A DNA stretch of 64,000 nucleotides, taken from positions 126,979,256-127,043,255 of the forward strand of contig NC_052149.1 of the NCBI RefSeq assembly GCF_902713615.1. Direction: 5' to 3'. Every line of letters starts with the position of its first letter. Positions within the stretch are counted from its first letter, which is position 1. Source of the stretch: Scyliorhinus canicula (lineage: Eukaryota). A program made the position numbers and the translations under genes. The notes under the pieces were generated by a model that saw only the letters and a program-made list of their open reading frames with translations, was not told the DNA's origin and did no database searches. Shown here one piece after another: positions 36,817 through 49,500 of the stretch.

Positions 36817-37194
36817 CCCCACATAAAACCCACAGCATTCCCGACGGAAACGGCCAGGGAATTGCCGGGGCCGTGGCTGCGCATGCTCACGGCGGCGTCC
36901 TGCAGCGGTTGCGCCACACAACATGGTGCTGCCGTGCGTGGACCCGGACTGCCAGATCGTGCCCCCTGTAATCCCCCTCGCCATCCCCGGGCAACCCCCC
37001 CCCCCAACCAGTCCCCTCAGCCCCCACTGAAGCCCCCTACCCCAGCCAATGGAACGGCTCCAACCCCTGACTGTGGCAGTGTTGGACACTCACCACCCCC
37101 ACCCAATCCCACCCCCATCCCTTCCCCCCACCCCCACCCCCATCCACCACCATTCCCCACCCCCCCCCCCCCCCCCCACCTCCTATACCACCTA

Positions 37195-40100
37195 TACCTT
37201 CATCCAGATCATTTATGTATATCACAAACAACAGTGGTCCGAGCACGGATCCCTGTGGAAAACCACGAGCACCCTTCTCCATTTTGAGACACCCCCTTCC
37301 ACCACTACTCTCTGTCTCCTGTTGCCCAGCCAGTTCTTTATCCATCTAGCTAGTACACCCTGAACCCCATACGACTTCACTTTTTCCATCAAGCTGCCAT
37401 GGGAAACTTTATCAAACGCCTTACTGAAGTCCATGTATATGACATCTACAGCCCTTCCCTCATCAATTAACTTTGTCACTTCCTCAAAGAATTCTATTAG
37501 ATTTGTAAGACATGACCTTCCCTGTACAAAACCATGCTGCCTATCACTGATAAGTCTATTTTCTTCCAAATGTGAATAGATCCTATCCCTCGGTATCTTC
37601 TCCAACAGTTTGCCTGCCACTGATGTCAAGCTCACAGGTCTATAATTCCCTGGATTATCCCTGCTACCCTTCTTAAACAAAGGGACAACATTAGTAATCT
37701 CCAGTCCTCCGGGACCTCATCCGTGCTCAAGGATGCTGCAAAGATATCTGTTAAGGCCCCAGCTATTTCGTCCCTCGCTTCCCTCAGCAACCTGGAATAG
37801 ATCCCATCTGGTCCTGGGGACTTGTCCACCTTAATGTCTTTTAGAATACCCAAAACCTCCCCTTTCCTTATGCCGACATGACCTAGAGTATTTAAACATC
37901 CATCCCTAGCCTCAACATCCGTCTTGTCCCTCTCCTTTGTGAATACCGATGCCAAGTACTCATTAAGAATCTCACCCATTTCCTCTGACTCCACGCATAA
38001 ATTCCCTCTTTTGTCTTTGAGTGGGCCAATCCTTTCTCTAGTTACCCTCTTGCTCCTTATATATGAATAAAAGGCTTTGAGATTTTCCTTAACCCTGTTA
38101 GCCAAAGATATTTCATGACCCTTTTTAGCTCTCTTTATTGGGTTTGAGATTTGTCTACCTTCCCGATATTCCTCCAAAGCTTCATCAGTTTTGAGTCGCC
38201 TCGATCTTATGTATGCTTTGTTTTTCATCTTAGCTAGTCTCACAATTCCACCCGTCATCCATCGTTCAATAATCTTGCCATTTCTATCCCTCATTTTCGC
38301 AGGGACATGTCTGTCCTCCACTCGAATCAACCTTTCTTTAAAAGACTCCCACATTTCAAATGTGGATTTACCCTTAAACAGCTGCTCCCAATCCACATTC
38401 CCTAGCTCCTGCCGAATTTTGTTATACTTGGCCTTTCCCCAATTTAGCACTCTTCCTTTAGGACCCCTCTTGTCCTTGTCCATGAGTATTCTAAAACTTA
38501 CGGAATTGTGATCGCTATTCCCAAAGTAATCACCGACTGAAACTTCAACCACCTGGCCGGGATCATTTCCCAATACCAGGTCCAGTATGGCCCCTTCCCG
38601 AGTTGGACTACTTACATACTGCTCTAAAAAACTCTCCTGGATGCTCCTTACAAATTCTGCTCCATCTACACCACCACCACTACATGAGTCCCATTCACTG
38701 TTGGGGAAGTTAAAATCTCCCATCACAACCACCCTATTGTTCTATAATCTGTCTACATATTTGTAACTCTACTTCAAGCTTGCTTTTGGGAGGCCTGTAG
38801 TAAAGTCCCAACAATGTTACTGCACCCATCCTATTTCTTAGCTCTATCCATATTGCCTCAGTGCTCGAATCCTTCATCGTGCCCTCCTTAATCACAGCTG
38901 TGATATCATCTCTGACTAGTAATGCAACTCCTCCACCCCTTTTACCTCCCTCTCTATCCCTACTGAAGCATCTATACCCTGGGATATTTAGTTTCCAGTC
39001 TTGCCCTTCCCTCAACCAAGTCTCAGTAATACCAATAACATCATATTCCCAGGTATTAATCCAAGCCCTAAATTCACCTGCCTTACCTACGACACTTCTC
39101 GCATTAAAACAAATGCACGTCAGCCCACCTGTCCCTTTGCGTTCATCATCTCTTCCCTGTCTACTCGTCCCCATAGTCACATTGAGTTTATTATCTGGTA
39201 CCTTACTGGCTTTAGTTGCTGCCTCTTTACTGACCTCTAACTTCCTAATCTGGTTCCCATTCCCCTGCCAGATTAGTTTAAAACCTCCCCAACAGTGTTA
39301 GCAAAAGCACCCCCTAGGACATTGGTTCCAGTCCTGCCCAGGTGTAGACCATCCGATTTGTAATGGTCCCACCGCCCCCAGAACCGGTTCCAATGTCAAA
39401 AACATCTGAACCCCTCTCTCCTGCACCATCTCTCAAGCCACGTATTCATTCTGACTATTCTTGAATTTCTACTCTGACTGTCTCATGGCACTGGTACCAA
39501 TCCTGAGATTACTACTTTTGAGGTCCTACTTTTTAACTTATCTCCTAACTCCCTAAATTCTGATTGTAGGACCTCATCCTGTTTTTTACCTATATCGTTG
39601 GTGTCTATATGCACCACGACAACTGGGTGTTCACCCGCCCCTTCAGTATGTCCTGCAGCCGATCTGAGACGTCCCTGACCCCTGCACCCGGGAAGCAACA
39701 TTCCAATTGGGAGTCTCGTTTTCGACCTCAGAAACGCCTGTCTACTCCCCTTACGATTGAATCCCCTATGACTATAGCCCTGCCAGTCTTTTTCCCGCAC
39801 TTCTGTGCAGCAGAGCCAGCCACGGTGCCATGAGCCTGGCTACTACTGCCTTCCCCTGGTGAGTCATATCCCCCAACAATATCCAAAACGGTATACCTGT
39901 TTTGGAGGGAGGTGACCGCAGGGGACACCTGCACTGCCTTCCTGCTCTTTTTTGGCCATTTGGTCACCCATTCCCTGTCTCCATCACCAATTCTAATCTG
40001 CGGTGTGACCTACTCACTGAACGTGCTATCCACGACCTCCTCAGCATCGCGGATGCTCCAAAGTGAGTCCATCCGCAGCTCCAGAGCCATCATGTGGTCT

Positions 40101-40300
40101 AACAGGAGCTGCAGCTGGACACACTTCCTGCACATGAAGGAGTCAGGGGCATCGGCCGCGTCCCTGAACTCCCACATTGAGCACGAGGAGCATAACACGG
40201 GTATGGGATCTCCTGCCATTTTTACACTTTAACTTAACTTATTACAAATATAATATCAAATAATGAATAAGTGAAAGAAATAAGGATTCTACTTACCAAT
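37195..40300 (-). mobile_element. CR1 LINE with ORF1 (Cys finger + SGNH esterase) and ORF2 (EN, partial RT)
   Basis: CSSCSMWEFRD..CRKC, RAIVIGDSIVRGVDRRF, HIDTNDIG; [57 protein letters not shown]; stops and frameshifts. Confidence 0.92.
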
Positions 40301-40569
40301 CAGGTGACTGCTTTGCTGTGATGTCACTCTTCAAGGTAAGTTTTTAAAGACGACCCCTGGCCACTGTTCCCGCTGGAAATCTGAAGGCTGTTTCTCCTGC
40401 AGGCAGTGACTTCACAGTTCAACATCTTTCTACTACTACCTGCCCTCGAGCCTTCTTCTTGATCTTTACTCGGCTGGGATCCTTACAGCGGTTGTGTTTT
40501 TTGTTTGCAACAGCCAATCAGTGGCTCCGAGCTACTGCCCTCTGCTGGCTGCTTGCCTGGAGGATCACT

Positions 40570-42352
40570 TGCTTCTCGACCAGGGTCTCGATGCCCGAGG
40601 CCTTGGAGAACAGGGAGTGGACCATCTCTGTCTGGGTCTATACCACATTACCCAATGACTGTGCCACCACCCTCTGGGTCTGTGCCACATCAGCCAGTGA
40701 CTGTGCCACCTCCCTCTGGCACTGGCCCAAGTCAGCCAGTGACTGTGCCACCTCCCTCTGGCACTGGCCCAAGTCAGCCAGCGCCCGGGAAATGCCATCG
40801 ACGCCCTCAGCCATGACCTGTTGTGACTGTGCCACGCTCTGGAGCGCCACTACAATGTCCAGGTGGCTCTGGTACATGGCTGTCTGTGACAGCACAACCC
40901 TGTACTGGGGCTCGGCCCTCACCCACACAGACTGTCCCAGACCTTGGACATCCTGACACATGGCCAATACCTTTGCCCACAAGACCTTCACCGTGGGTGG
41001 CACCCATGCTGTGTTGGTCTGGGCAGCACGCATGGTCGGCACCATACCCTGCCCCTGCAGTCCATTGGACTTCTCACACTGCACCTGCAGGCACTGGATG
41101 ATTGCTGACAGCCCCTCCTGTAGTCCCCGGCTCTGTGACTGTATCTCCATTATTGATGGGACCGTCGTTTCCAGAATCCCGAATCCCGTCCTGCAGCACC
41201 TGGTCCCTGTCAGGGTGCCCTCCGACCGTCTGCCCACTCGGGAGTTCCTACCTCCTCCTGATGTACCACAGTACGTGTGTGGGGCACACCAGAGAGAGTC
41301 CCAGGAACCTCTTCACTAAAGTGCCCAACCGAGGTGAGTGTCTCTGGGCTTGTGGAGGGTGTTGGAGACGCTGTGATGGGACGTCAGTGTCAGCCTGGGA
41401 CCGGTGCTCCGGGTTTCTCGAGCTGTGGCTCGACGGCTCCCGTTGCTGTCCATGTCCTCTTCCTCACTGCTATCCACCTGGAGTTGTGGTTGGGGGTGGG
41501 GACACCAGAAGGGTCCCCTCATTGCCATGTGATCCTGCAAAACCCAAACATGACGCATTATTGGGCCATGGGTTGGGGTGGTGGTTGGTGGTGGAGGAGG
41601 GGGGGGGGGGTGGTGTTGGGGTGGTGGCGGGGCGGTGTGGGTGTGGTGGCAGTGGAGGAGTGGATGGGGAGGGAGCATGGGGTGGGGGTGCTGGTGGTGA
41701 CATATGGGTGCCATGGGGAACCGCAACTCAGTGGGGTCTCAGTTCCTCGCCTGATACCGACAACCGCCTCGGCAACTGCCCTCTCTCCAGGCCCACCAAC
41801 CAGGTCCAGTGCCCGCTTCCCCAGTGCGGTGAGAGGCTGCAGGTCCAGTAGGCCCCCTCCACTCTCTTCACTCTCCCGGCGGCTGTGGTTAGCTTTCTCC
41901 TGCTGGGGTGGGGGAGGGAGACAGAAAACACACTGTGTTAGACAATCAGACACATACAACACAGGAGGGGGGCAGATGGTGGCCATTGTGGCCAGAGCAC
42001 CGGCCATGGCAGCCAGTATGGGTGCTGGCATGTGCTGCAGGGTGGGGAGTGCTCGCCCTCTGGGAGGGGGAGGCGGGGTTACGGGGGTTAGTGCCAGGGG
42101 CACAGCGCTGCCGACTTACCTTGGCCTCGTTGAGGAGGTGGTCCAGTTTTTTGTGGCACTGCTGTCCGGACCTGGTGGAGGGGTCCATGACGCTCAAGGC
42201 ATCTTCCACCTCCATCCAGGCCCGGTGTCCGGCAACAGTGACAACCTTCTTCTCACCCCGAGGTTCAGGATAGCCCGCCTTTCCTCCATGGCGTCCAGCA
42301 AGGTCTCCAGCTCAGTGTCCGTGAACCGGGGTGCCGCTCACACTGCTGCCAT
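40570..42352 (-). pseudogene. PIF/Harbinger Myb/SANT-like DNA-binding gene remnant, spliced
   Basis: ATG 42350-42352: MAAV*AAPRFTDTELETLLDAMEERR...WMEVEDALSVMDPSTRSGQQCHKKLDHLLNEAK, GTAAGT donor at 42114-42119, next exon EKANHSRRESEESGGG, then a coiled-coil-like tail; early stop and frameshift. Confidence 0.75.
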
Positions 42353-42544
42353 CTTGTTGTTTGGAATGAGTGTGTGGGGAGTGAAGTGCGACTTTGCAGC
42401 AGCAGCTTGTCAGCCTCTCAACTGTCAATCCCGACTCCGGCGAATCCAACACTGTTTCCCGTTGGAATCAATCGTTTCCCACTTGGCACCGGTGCTAGCC
42501 CCATTAACGGCTAATTAATTGCTCCAGTCGCGCCCTCGCAGTTA

Positions 42545-42915
42545 GAACAGAGAACATAGAACAGTACAGCACAGAACAGGCCCTTTGGCCCTCGATGTTG
42601 TGCCGAGCAATGATCACCCTACTCAAACCCACGTATCCACCCTATTCCAGTAACCCAACACCCCCCCCCCCCCCCCCCCCCCCCCCTCCCGCCTTAACCT
42701 TACTTTTTAGGACACTACGGGCAATTTAGCATGGCCAATTCACCTAACCCGCACATCTTTGGACTGTGGGGGGAAACCGGAGCACCCGGAGGAAACCCAC
42801 GCACACACGGGGAGGACGTGCAGACTCCGCACAGACAGTGACCCAGCCAGAATCGAACCTGGGTCCCTGGAGCTGTGAAGCAATTGTGCTATCCACAATG
42901 CTACCGTGCTGCCCT
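42545..42915 (-). mobile_element. V-SINE-type SINE
   Basis: Reverse-complement core and tail. Confidence 0.9.
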
Positions 42916-45130
42916 TAAGAACAAATTAATCTACACTCCATTATTCCACCGTAATCCATGTACCTATCCAATAGCCGCTATGTTTCTGACTCAACTACTT
43001 GCACAGGCAGTGTATTCCATGCCCCCACTACCCTCTGGGTAAAGAACCTACCTCTGACATCCCCCCTATATCTTCCACCATTCACCTTAAATTTATGTCC
43101 CCTTGTAATGGTTTGTTCCACCCAGGGAAAAAGTCTCTGACTGTCTACTCTATCTATTCCCCTGATCATTTTATAAACCTCTATCAAGTCGCCCCTCATC
43201 CTTCTCCGTTCTAATGAGAAAAGGCCTAGCACCCTCAACCTTTCCTCGTAAGACCTACTCTCCATTCCAAGGAAAATCCTGGTAAATCTCCTTTGCACCT
43301 TTTCGAAAGTTTCCACATCATTCCTAAAATGAGGCGACCAGAACTGCACACACTACTCCAAATGTGGCCTGACCAAGGTTTTGTACAGCTGCATCATCAC
43401 CTCACGGCTCTTAAATTCAATCCCTCTGCTAATGAACGCTAGCACACCATAGGCCTTCTTCACAGCTCTATCCACTTGTGGCAAATTTCAAAGATCTATG
43501 AACACAGACCCCAAGATCTCTCTGCTCCTCCACATTGCCAAGAACCCTACCGTTAACCCTATATTCCACATTCATATTTGTCCTTCCAAAATGATCCAAG
43601 TCATTAATGAATATCACAAACAGCAGAGGACCCAGAATTGATCCCTGCGGTATGCCACTGGTAACTGGGCTCCAGGCTGAATATTTGCCGTCCACCACCA
43701 CTCTCATGACTTCTATGGGTTAGCCAGTTTGTTATCCAACTGGCCAAATTTCCCACTATCCCATGCCTCCTTACTTTCTGCATAAGCCTACCATGGGGAA
43801 CCTTATCAAATGCCTTACTAAAATCCATGCACACTACATCCACTGTTTTACCTTCATCCACATGCTTGGTCACCTCCTCAAAGAATTCAATAAGACTTGT
43901 AAGGCAATACCTACCCCTCACAAATCCCTGCTGACTATCCTTAATCAAGCAGTGTCTTTCCAGATGCTCAGAAATCCTATCCCTCAGTACCCTTACCATT
44001 ACTTTGCCTACCACCGAAGTAAGACTAACTGGCCTGTAATTCCCAGGGTTATCCCTATTCCCTTTTTTAAACCGGGGCATGACATTCACCACTCTCCAAT
44101 CCTCTGGTACCACCCCTGTTGACAACGAGGATGAAAAGATCATTGCCAACGGCTCTGCAATTTCATTTCTTGCTTCCCATTGAATCCTTGGATATATCCC
44201 GTCAGGCCCGAGGGACTTGTCTATCCTCAAGTTTTTCAAAACGCGCAACACATCTTCCTTCCTGACAAGTATCTCCTCGAGCTTACCAGTCTGTTTCACA
44301 CTGTCCTCTCCAACAATATGGCCCCTCTCATTTGTAAATACTGAAGAAAAGTACTCATTCAGGACGTCGCCTATCTCTTCAGACTCAATACACAATCTCC
44401 CGCTACTGTCCTTAATCGGACCTACCCTCGCTCTAGTCATTCTCTTTTCTCATATATGTGTAAAAGGCCTTGGGGTTTTCCTTGATCCTACCCGCCAAAC
44501 ATTTTTCATGCCCTCTCTTAACTCTCCTAATCCCTTTCTTCAGTTCCTTCCTGGCTACCTTATATCCCTCCAATGCCCTGTCTGAACCTTGTTTCCTCAG
44601 CCTTACATAAGTCTCCTTCTTCCTCTTAACAAGACATTCAACCTCTCTTGTCAACCATGGTTCCCTCACTCGACCATCTCTTCCCTGCCTGACAGGGACA
44701 TACATATCAAGGACACATAGTACCTGTTCCTTGAACAAGTTCCACATTTCACTTGTGTCCTTCCCTGACAGCCTATGTTCCCAATTTATGCAGTTCAATT
44801 CTTGTTTGACAGCATCGTATTTACCCTTCCCCCAGTTGTAAACCTTGCCCTGTTGCACGCACCTATCCTTCTCCATTACGAAAGTGAAAGTCACAGAATT
44901 GTGGTCACTATCTCCAAAATGCTCCCCCACTAACAAATCTATCACTTGCCCTGGTTCATTACCAAGTACCAAATCCAATATGGTCTCCCCTCTGGTCGGA
45001 CAATCTACATATTTGTTTGAAAAGCTTCCTGGACACATTGCACAATCACCACCCCATCCAAGCTATTTGATCTAAAGAATTTCTCCTCAATGTTTGGGAA
45101 GTTGAAGTCACCCATGACTACTACCCTATG
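42916..45130 (-). mobile_element. CR1 LINE ORF2 3' part
   Basis: GDSDHNSVTF, KSLGPDGIY, VVCMDFSKAFDKVPH, QFWSPHFRNDVETFEKVQRRFTR. Confidence 0.9.
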
Positions 45131-45134
45131 ACTT

Positions 45135-45885
45135 CATTTGATTTCCACAAAGAGCGAGAAGGGAGCCAGTAGTTTAGAGTGCAGCTGACTGGGAGCAGAG
45201 TTGAAGGGCGGAGGTCCAGTTGGTCAACAGGGCAGCTATATTCTGTAAGGTAAGAGGGAATGGAGGCTAGGGCAGTTGCATGCTCCTCCTGTAGGATGTG
45301 GGTGGTGAGGGATACCACCGGTGTCCCCGCTGACTATACCTGCGGGAAGTGCACCCAACTGCAGCTCCTCAGAGACCGTGTTAGGGAACTGGAGCTGGAG
45401 CTAGATGAACTTCGGATCATCCAGGAGGCAGAGGGGGTTATAGAGAAGAGTTACAGGGAGGTAACCATACCCAAGGTACAGGACAAGAGTAGCTGGGTTA
45501 CAGTCAGGGGAAAGAAAACAAACAGACAGACAGTGCAGGGATCCCTCGTGGCCATTCCCCTTCAAAACAAGGATACCGTTTTGGATGCTGTTGAGGGGGA
45601 AGACCTACAGGGGGAAGGCCCTAGCAGCCAGGTCTCTGGCACTGAGTCTGGCTCTGGGGTTCAGAAGGGAAGGGTGGAGAATAGAAAAGCAATAGTAATA
45701 GGAGATTCAATGGCTAGGGGAATAGAAGGGAGATTCTGTGGTCGCGAGCAAGACTCCCGGAAGGTATGTTGCCTCCTGGGTGCCAGGGCCAGTGATGTCT
45801 CGGATCGTGTCTTCAGGATCCTGAAGGGGGAGGGTGAGCAGCCAGAAGTCGTGGCGCACATTGGTACCAACGACGTACTATCGGC
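45135..45885 (+). mobile_element. CR1 ORF1 fragment (Cys finger + SGNH esterase)
   Basis: CSSCRMW..CGKCTQL, AIVIGDSMARG, AHIGTND. Confidence 0.85.
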
Positions 45886-46516
45886 ATTTTACCCTGCCAT
45901 TGCCGCCACCACTGAAAAGATAAAGGTGAGGGTGGTTGGAGCTGCACTCATCCAGGCAAGTGGAGAGTATTCCATCACACTCCTGACTTGTGTCTTGTAC
46001 ATGGTGGACAGGGTTTGGGGAGTCAGGAGGTTAGTTACTCGCCGTAGGATTCCCAGCCTTTGATGAGTTTTGTTAAGCACAGTATTGATATGGATGGTCC
46101 AGTTCAGTTTCTGCTCAATGATAACCCCCAGGATGTTGAAAATGGGGCATTCAGCAATGGTAATGACATTGAAAGGGGCAGCAGTTAGATTCATTCTTGT
46201 TGGTGATGGCCATTGTCTGGCACATGTTTGATGCAAGTGTTACTTGCCACTTTTCAGCCCAAGCCTGGATATTGTCTAGGTCTTGCTGCATTTACACAGG
46301 AATGGTTTCAGTATCTGAGAAGTCGTGAATGGTGCTGAACTTTGGGCAGTCATTCGGGAACATCCCCACCTCTGGCGTTATGATTGAAGGAAGGTAATTG
46401 ATGAAGCAACAGAAGATGGTTGGGCCTAGGTCACTACTCTGAGGAACTCGGCAGTGATGTCCTGGAACTGAAATGATTGACCTCCAACAACCACAACCAT
46501 CCACCTTTGTGCCAGG

Positions 46517-49500
46517 TGTGGTGAATGAGAATTCACACGGTATTATAATCTGTATATATGCATCAATATTGTAAGTGCAGTTGCACTACCTGACCACCAG
46601 GGGGAGTAGCTCTGGGAGTAATCAAGAGTTTGTACTGGGCTCCTCCCTTGGCTCCGCCCAGGACTCCTCCCCCGGAGCTGCTGTATAAAGATCCGTGCCA
46701 CAGGGTCAGTCAGCCAGTTCACCGAAAGTTCAATGGCTAACAGGCTGGCTCTGTTGTAAGTATATTCAAACCGCTATTCTAAACCTACAAGCACGTGTCC
46801 ATAGAATTGTTGGTTCCAACAATTTAATATACTTACGAAACAGTCGAAGTAAATTATGGAAGCAGCCCTCAAGCCCGGACGCCTAGAACTCGACCCGCAG
46901 GATGCAGAGGCTAAGGAAATTGTTTCCCACTGGCTGAGATGTTTTGAAGCCTACCTGGCAGAAGCCAGCACCGCCGGGACAACGGAGGAACAAAAACTCA
47001 GTCTACTGCACTCGAGGGTAAGCCACAGAATCTCCACACAGCTGAATCCGGCCGGTTCTTACACCACAGCGCTGGCGATATTGGACAAAACGTACGTTAG
47101 GCCCATTAACGAGGTTTATGCACGTCATGTGTTTACGACTCGCCGTCAGCAGCCTACAGAAACGCTAGCTGAGTTTGTACGGGAACTGAACAATCTTTCC
47201 AATGACTGTAATTATCAAGCCGTTACCGCGGCTGAACATAGGGAGCTTGCTGTGCGAGACGTTTTCGTAGCGGGCCTTAGGTCTAACTATGTGCGCCAAA
47301 GACTGCTAGAAAAGGGGGCCCAGGACTTGGATACTGCTGTGGAGGCTGCTACCACTATGGAAGTCTCGTTCCGCAGCCTCACGTCATTTCCCGCGGACCC
47401 CGCGACCTCATCATGAACCCCCGACCAATCCCCCCAGGCCTGTGCCGCACGGCCCCCCCGCTACCGCGCTGCCAAAGCCAGTTACTCTGCTGCCCCAGCC
47501 AGCTACTCAGCTGCCCCAGCCTGCCATTTCTGTGGCCAAAGCCAGCACCCGCGGCAGCACTGCCCGGCCCGATCCGCGACCTACAGCAGCTGCGGGAAGA
47601 AAGGCCACTACTCCAGAGTGTGCCTCACGAAAAGGGCCCCAGTTTTTAACTCCCCAGTAGAGAGAACAAATCGCTCCCGACACCAGCGGGAGAACAAATC
47701 ACTCCCGACACCAGCGGGCCCGCGGGGCCCGAAACGCTGCGGCCTACACCCCGACTCCACGCCCTCCCGCCACGTGCGATCTATGGGGGCCGCCATCTTC
47801 CTCGTCGCTCACCACGTGCGATCCACGGGCCCCATTTGCATCGGCATGCTCAGAAAGCTCATCTGAAGAATACGACTTCCCCGGGCACTCACCACGCGGC
47901 CCGCAACTCAACGCGGTCACCCTGGATCAATCCCGCCCCAAGCACCTACGAAGTTCGATGGCGGAGGTCCAGATCAACGGGTACAGCACGCCATGCCTCT
48001 TTGACTCCGGGAGCACCAAGAGCTTTATACACCCAGAGCTGGTAAGACGCTGTTCGCTTTCTATTTTTACGGTGAGCCAAACTATCGCCCTCGCTTCAGG
48101 CTCCCACTCAGTCCAAATCCAAGGACGCACCGTTGCTATGCTCATAATTCGAGGCGCTAGTTATTCAAAATTTAAACTTTATGTCCTGCCCGACCTCTGC
48201 GCGCCACTCTTATTAGGCCTGGATTTCCAGTGCAACCTCAAGAGCCTCACCCTCAGCTTCGGCGGGCCCCTGCACCCACTCACTATCTGCAGCCTAGCCA
48301 CGCTGCGCATCTCCCCCCACTCCTCTCTTCGCCAATCTCACTCCAGATTGCAAGCCAGTAGCTACTCGCAGCAGGCGATACAGCCTGCAGGATAGGGTCT
48401 TTATCCGATCGGAGGTCCGACGGCTGCTCAGTGAGGGGATCACAGAGACCAGTAATAGTCCCTGGAGAGCTCAGGTGGTAGTCGTCAAGACCGAGGAAAC
48501 ATTTTGCATGGTCGTCGACTATAGCCAGACCATAAATCGCATTACGCTCCTAGACGCGTATCCCCTCCCCAGAATTGCAGACATGGTTAATCAGATCGCC
48601 CAATTTGGCTGTTTTCCACGGTGGATCTGAAGTCTGCATACCACCAGCTCCCAATCCGCCCGGAGGACCGCCACTACACGGCGTTCGAGGCCGATGGCCG
48701 CCTCTTCCATTTCCTCCGGGTTCCCTTCGGCGTCACTAACGGGGTTTCGGTGTTCCAACGAGCAATGGACCGAATGGTAGGCCAATACGGGCTGCGGGCC
48801 ACGTTTCCGTATCTGGACAATGTTACCATCTGCGGCTATGACCAGCAGGACCATGACGCCAACCTCTACCGTTTTCTCCAAACGGCACAGAAATTAAATC
48901 TCACTTATAACAAGGAGAAATGCGTTTTCCGCACAAACAGACTGGCCATCCTCGGCTACGTCGTGGAGAACGGAGTCCTGGGCCCAGACACGGACCGCAT
49001 GCGCCCCCCTCTTAGAACTCCCCCTCCCTCATTGCCCCAAGGCCCTCAAACGGTGCTTGGGATTCTTTTCATACTACGCCCAGTGGGTCCCCCAATATGC
49101 GGACAAAGCCCGCCCACTCTTTAAGGCCACACGATTTCCCCTGTCTGCTGAGGTGCGCCAGGCCTTCAGCTGCATCAAGGAGGACATCGCCAAAGCGGCC
49201 ATGCGGGCGGTGGATGAATCCACTCCCTTTCAGGTTGAGAGCGGCGCCTCAGAGGTATCTCTAGCAGCCACTTTAAATCAGGCAGGGAGGCCCGTTGCAT
49301 TTTTCTCCCGTACTCTATCCGCTTCAGAACTCCGACACTCCTCTGTCGAGAAGGAAGCGCAAGCCATCGTGGAGGCTGTTCGTCACTGGAGGCACTACCT
49401 CGCAGGTAGGAGGTTCACCCTCATCACCGACCAACGATCGGTTGCCTTTATGTTTGACAACTCGTAAAGGGGCAAAATAAAAAATGATAAAATCCTTTGG

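Noticed and set aside
35131-36971. Many overlapping short ORFs
   Set aside because: Translations of the GC-rich minisatellite; frames shift with G-run length.
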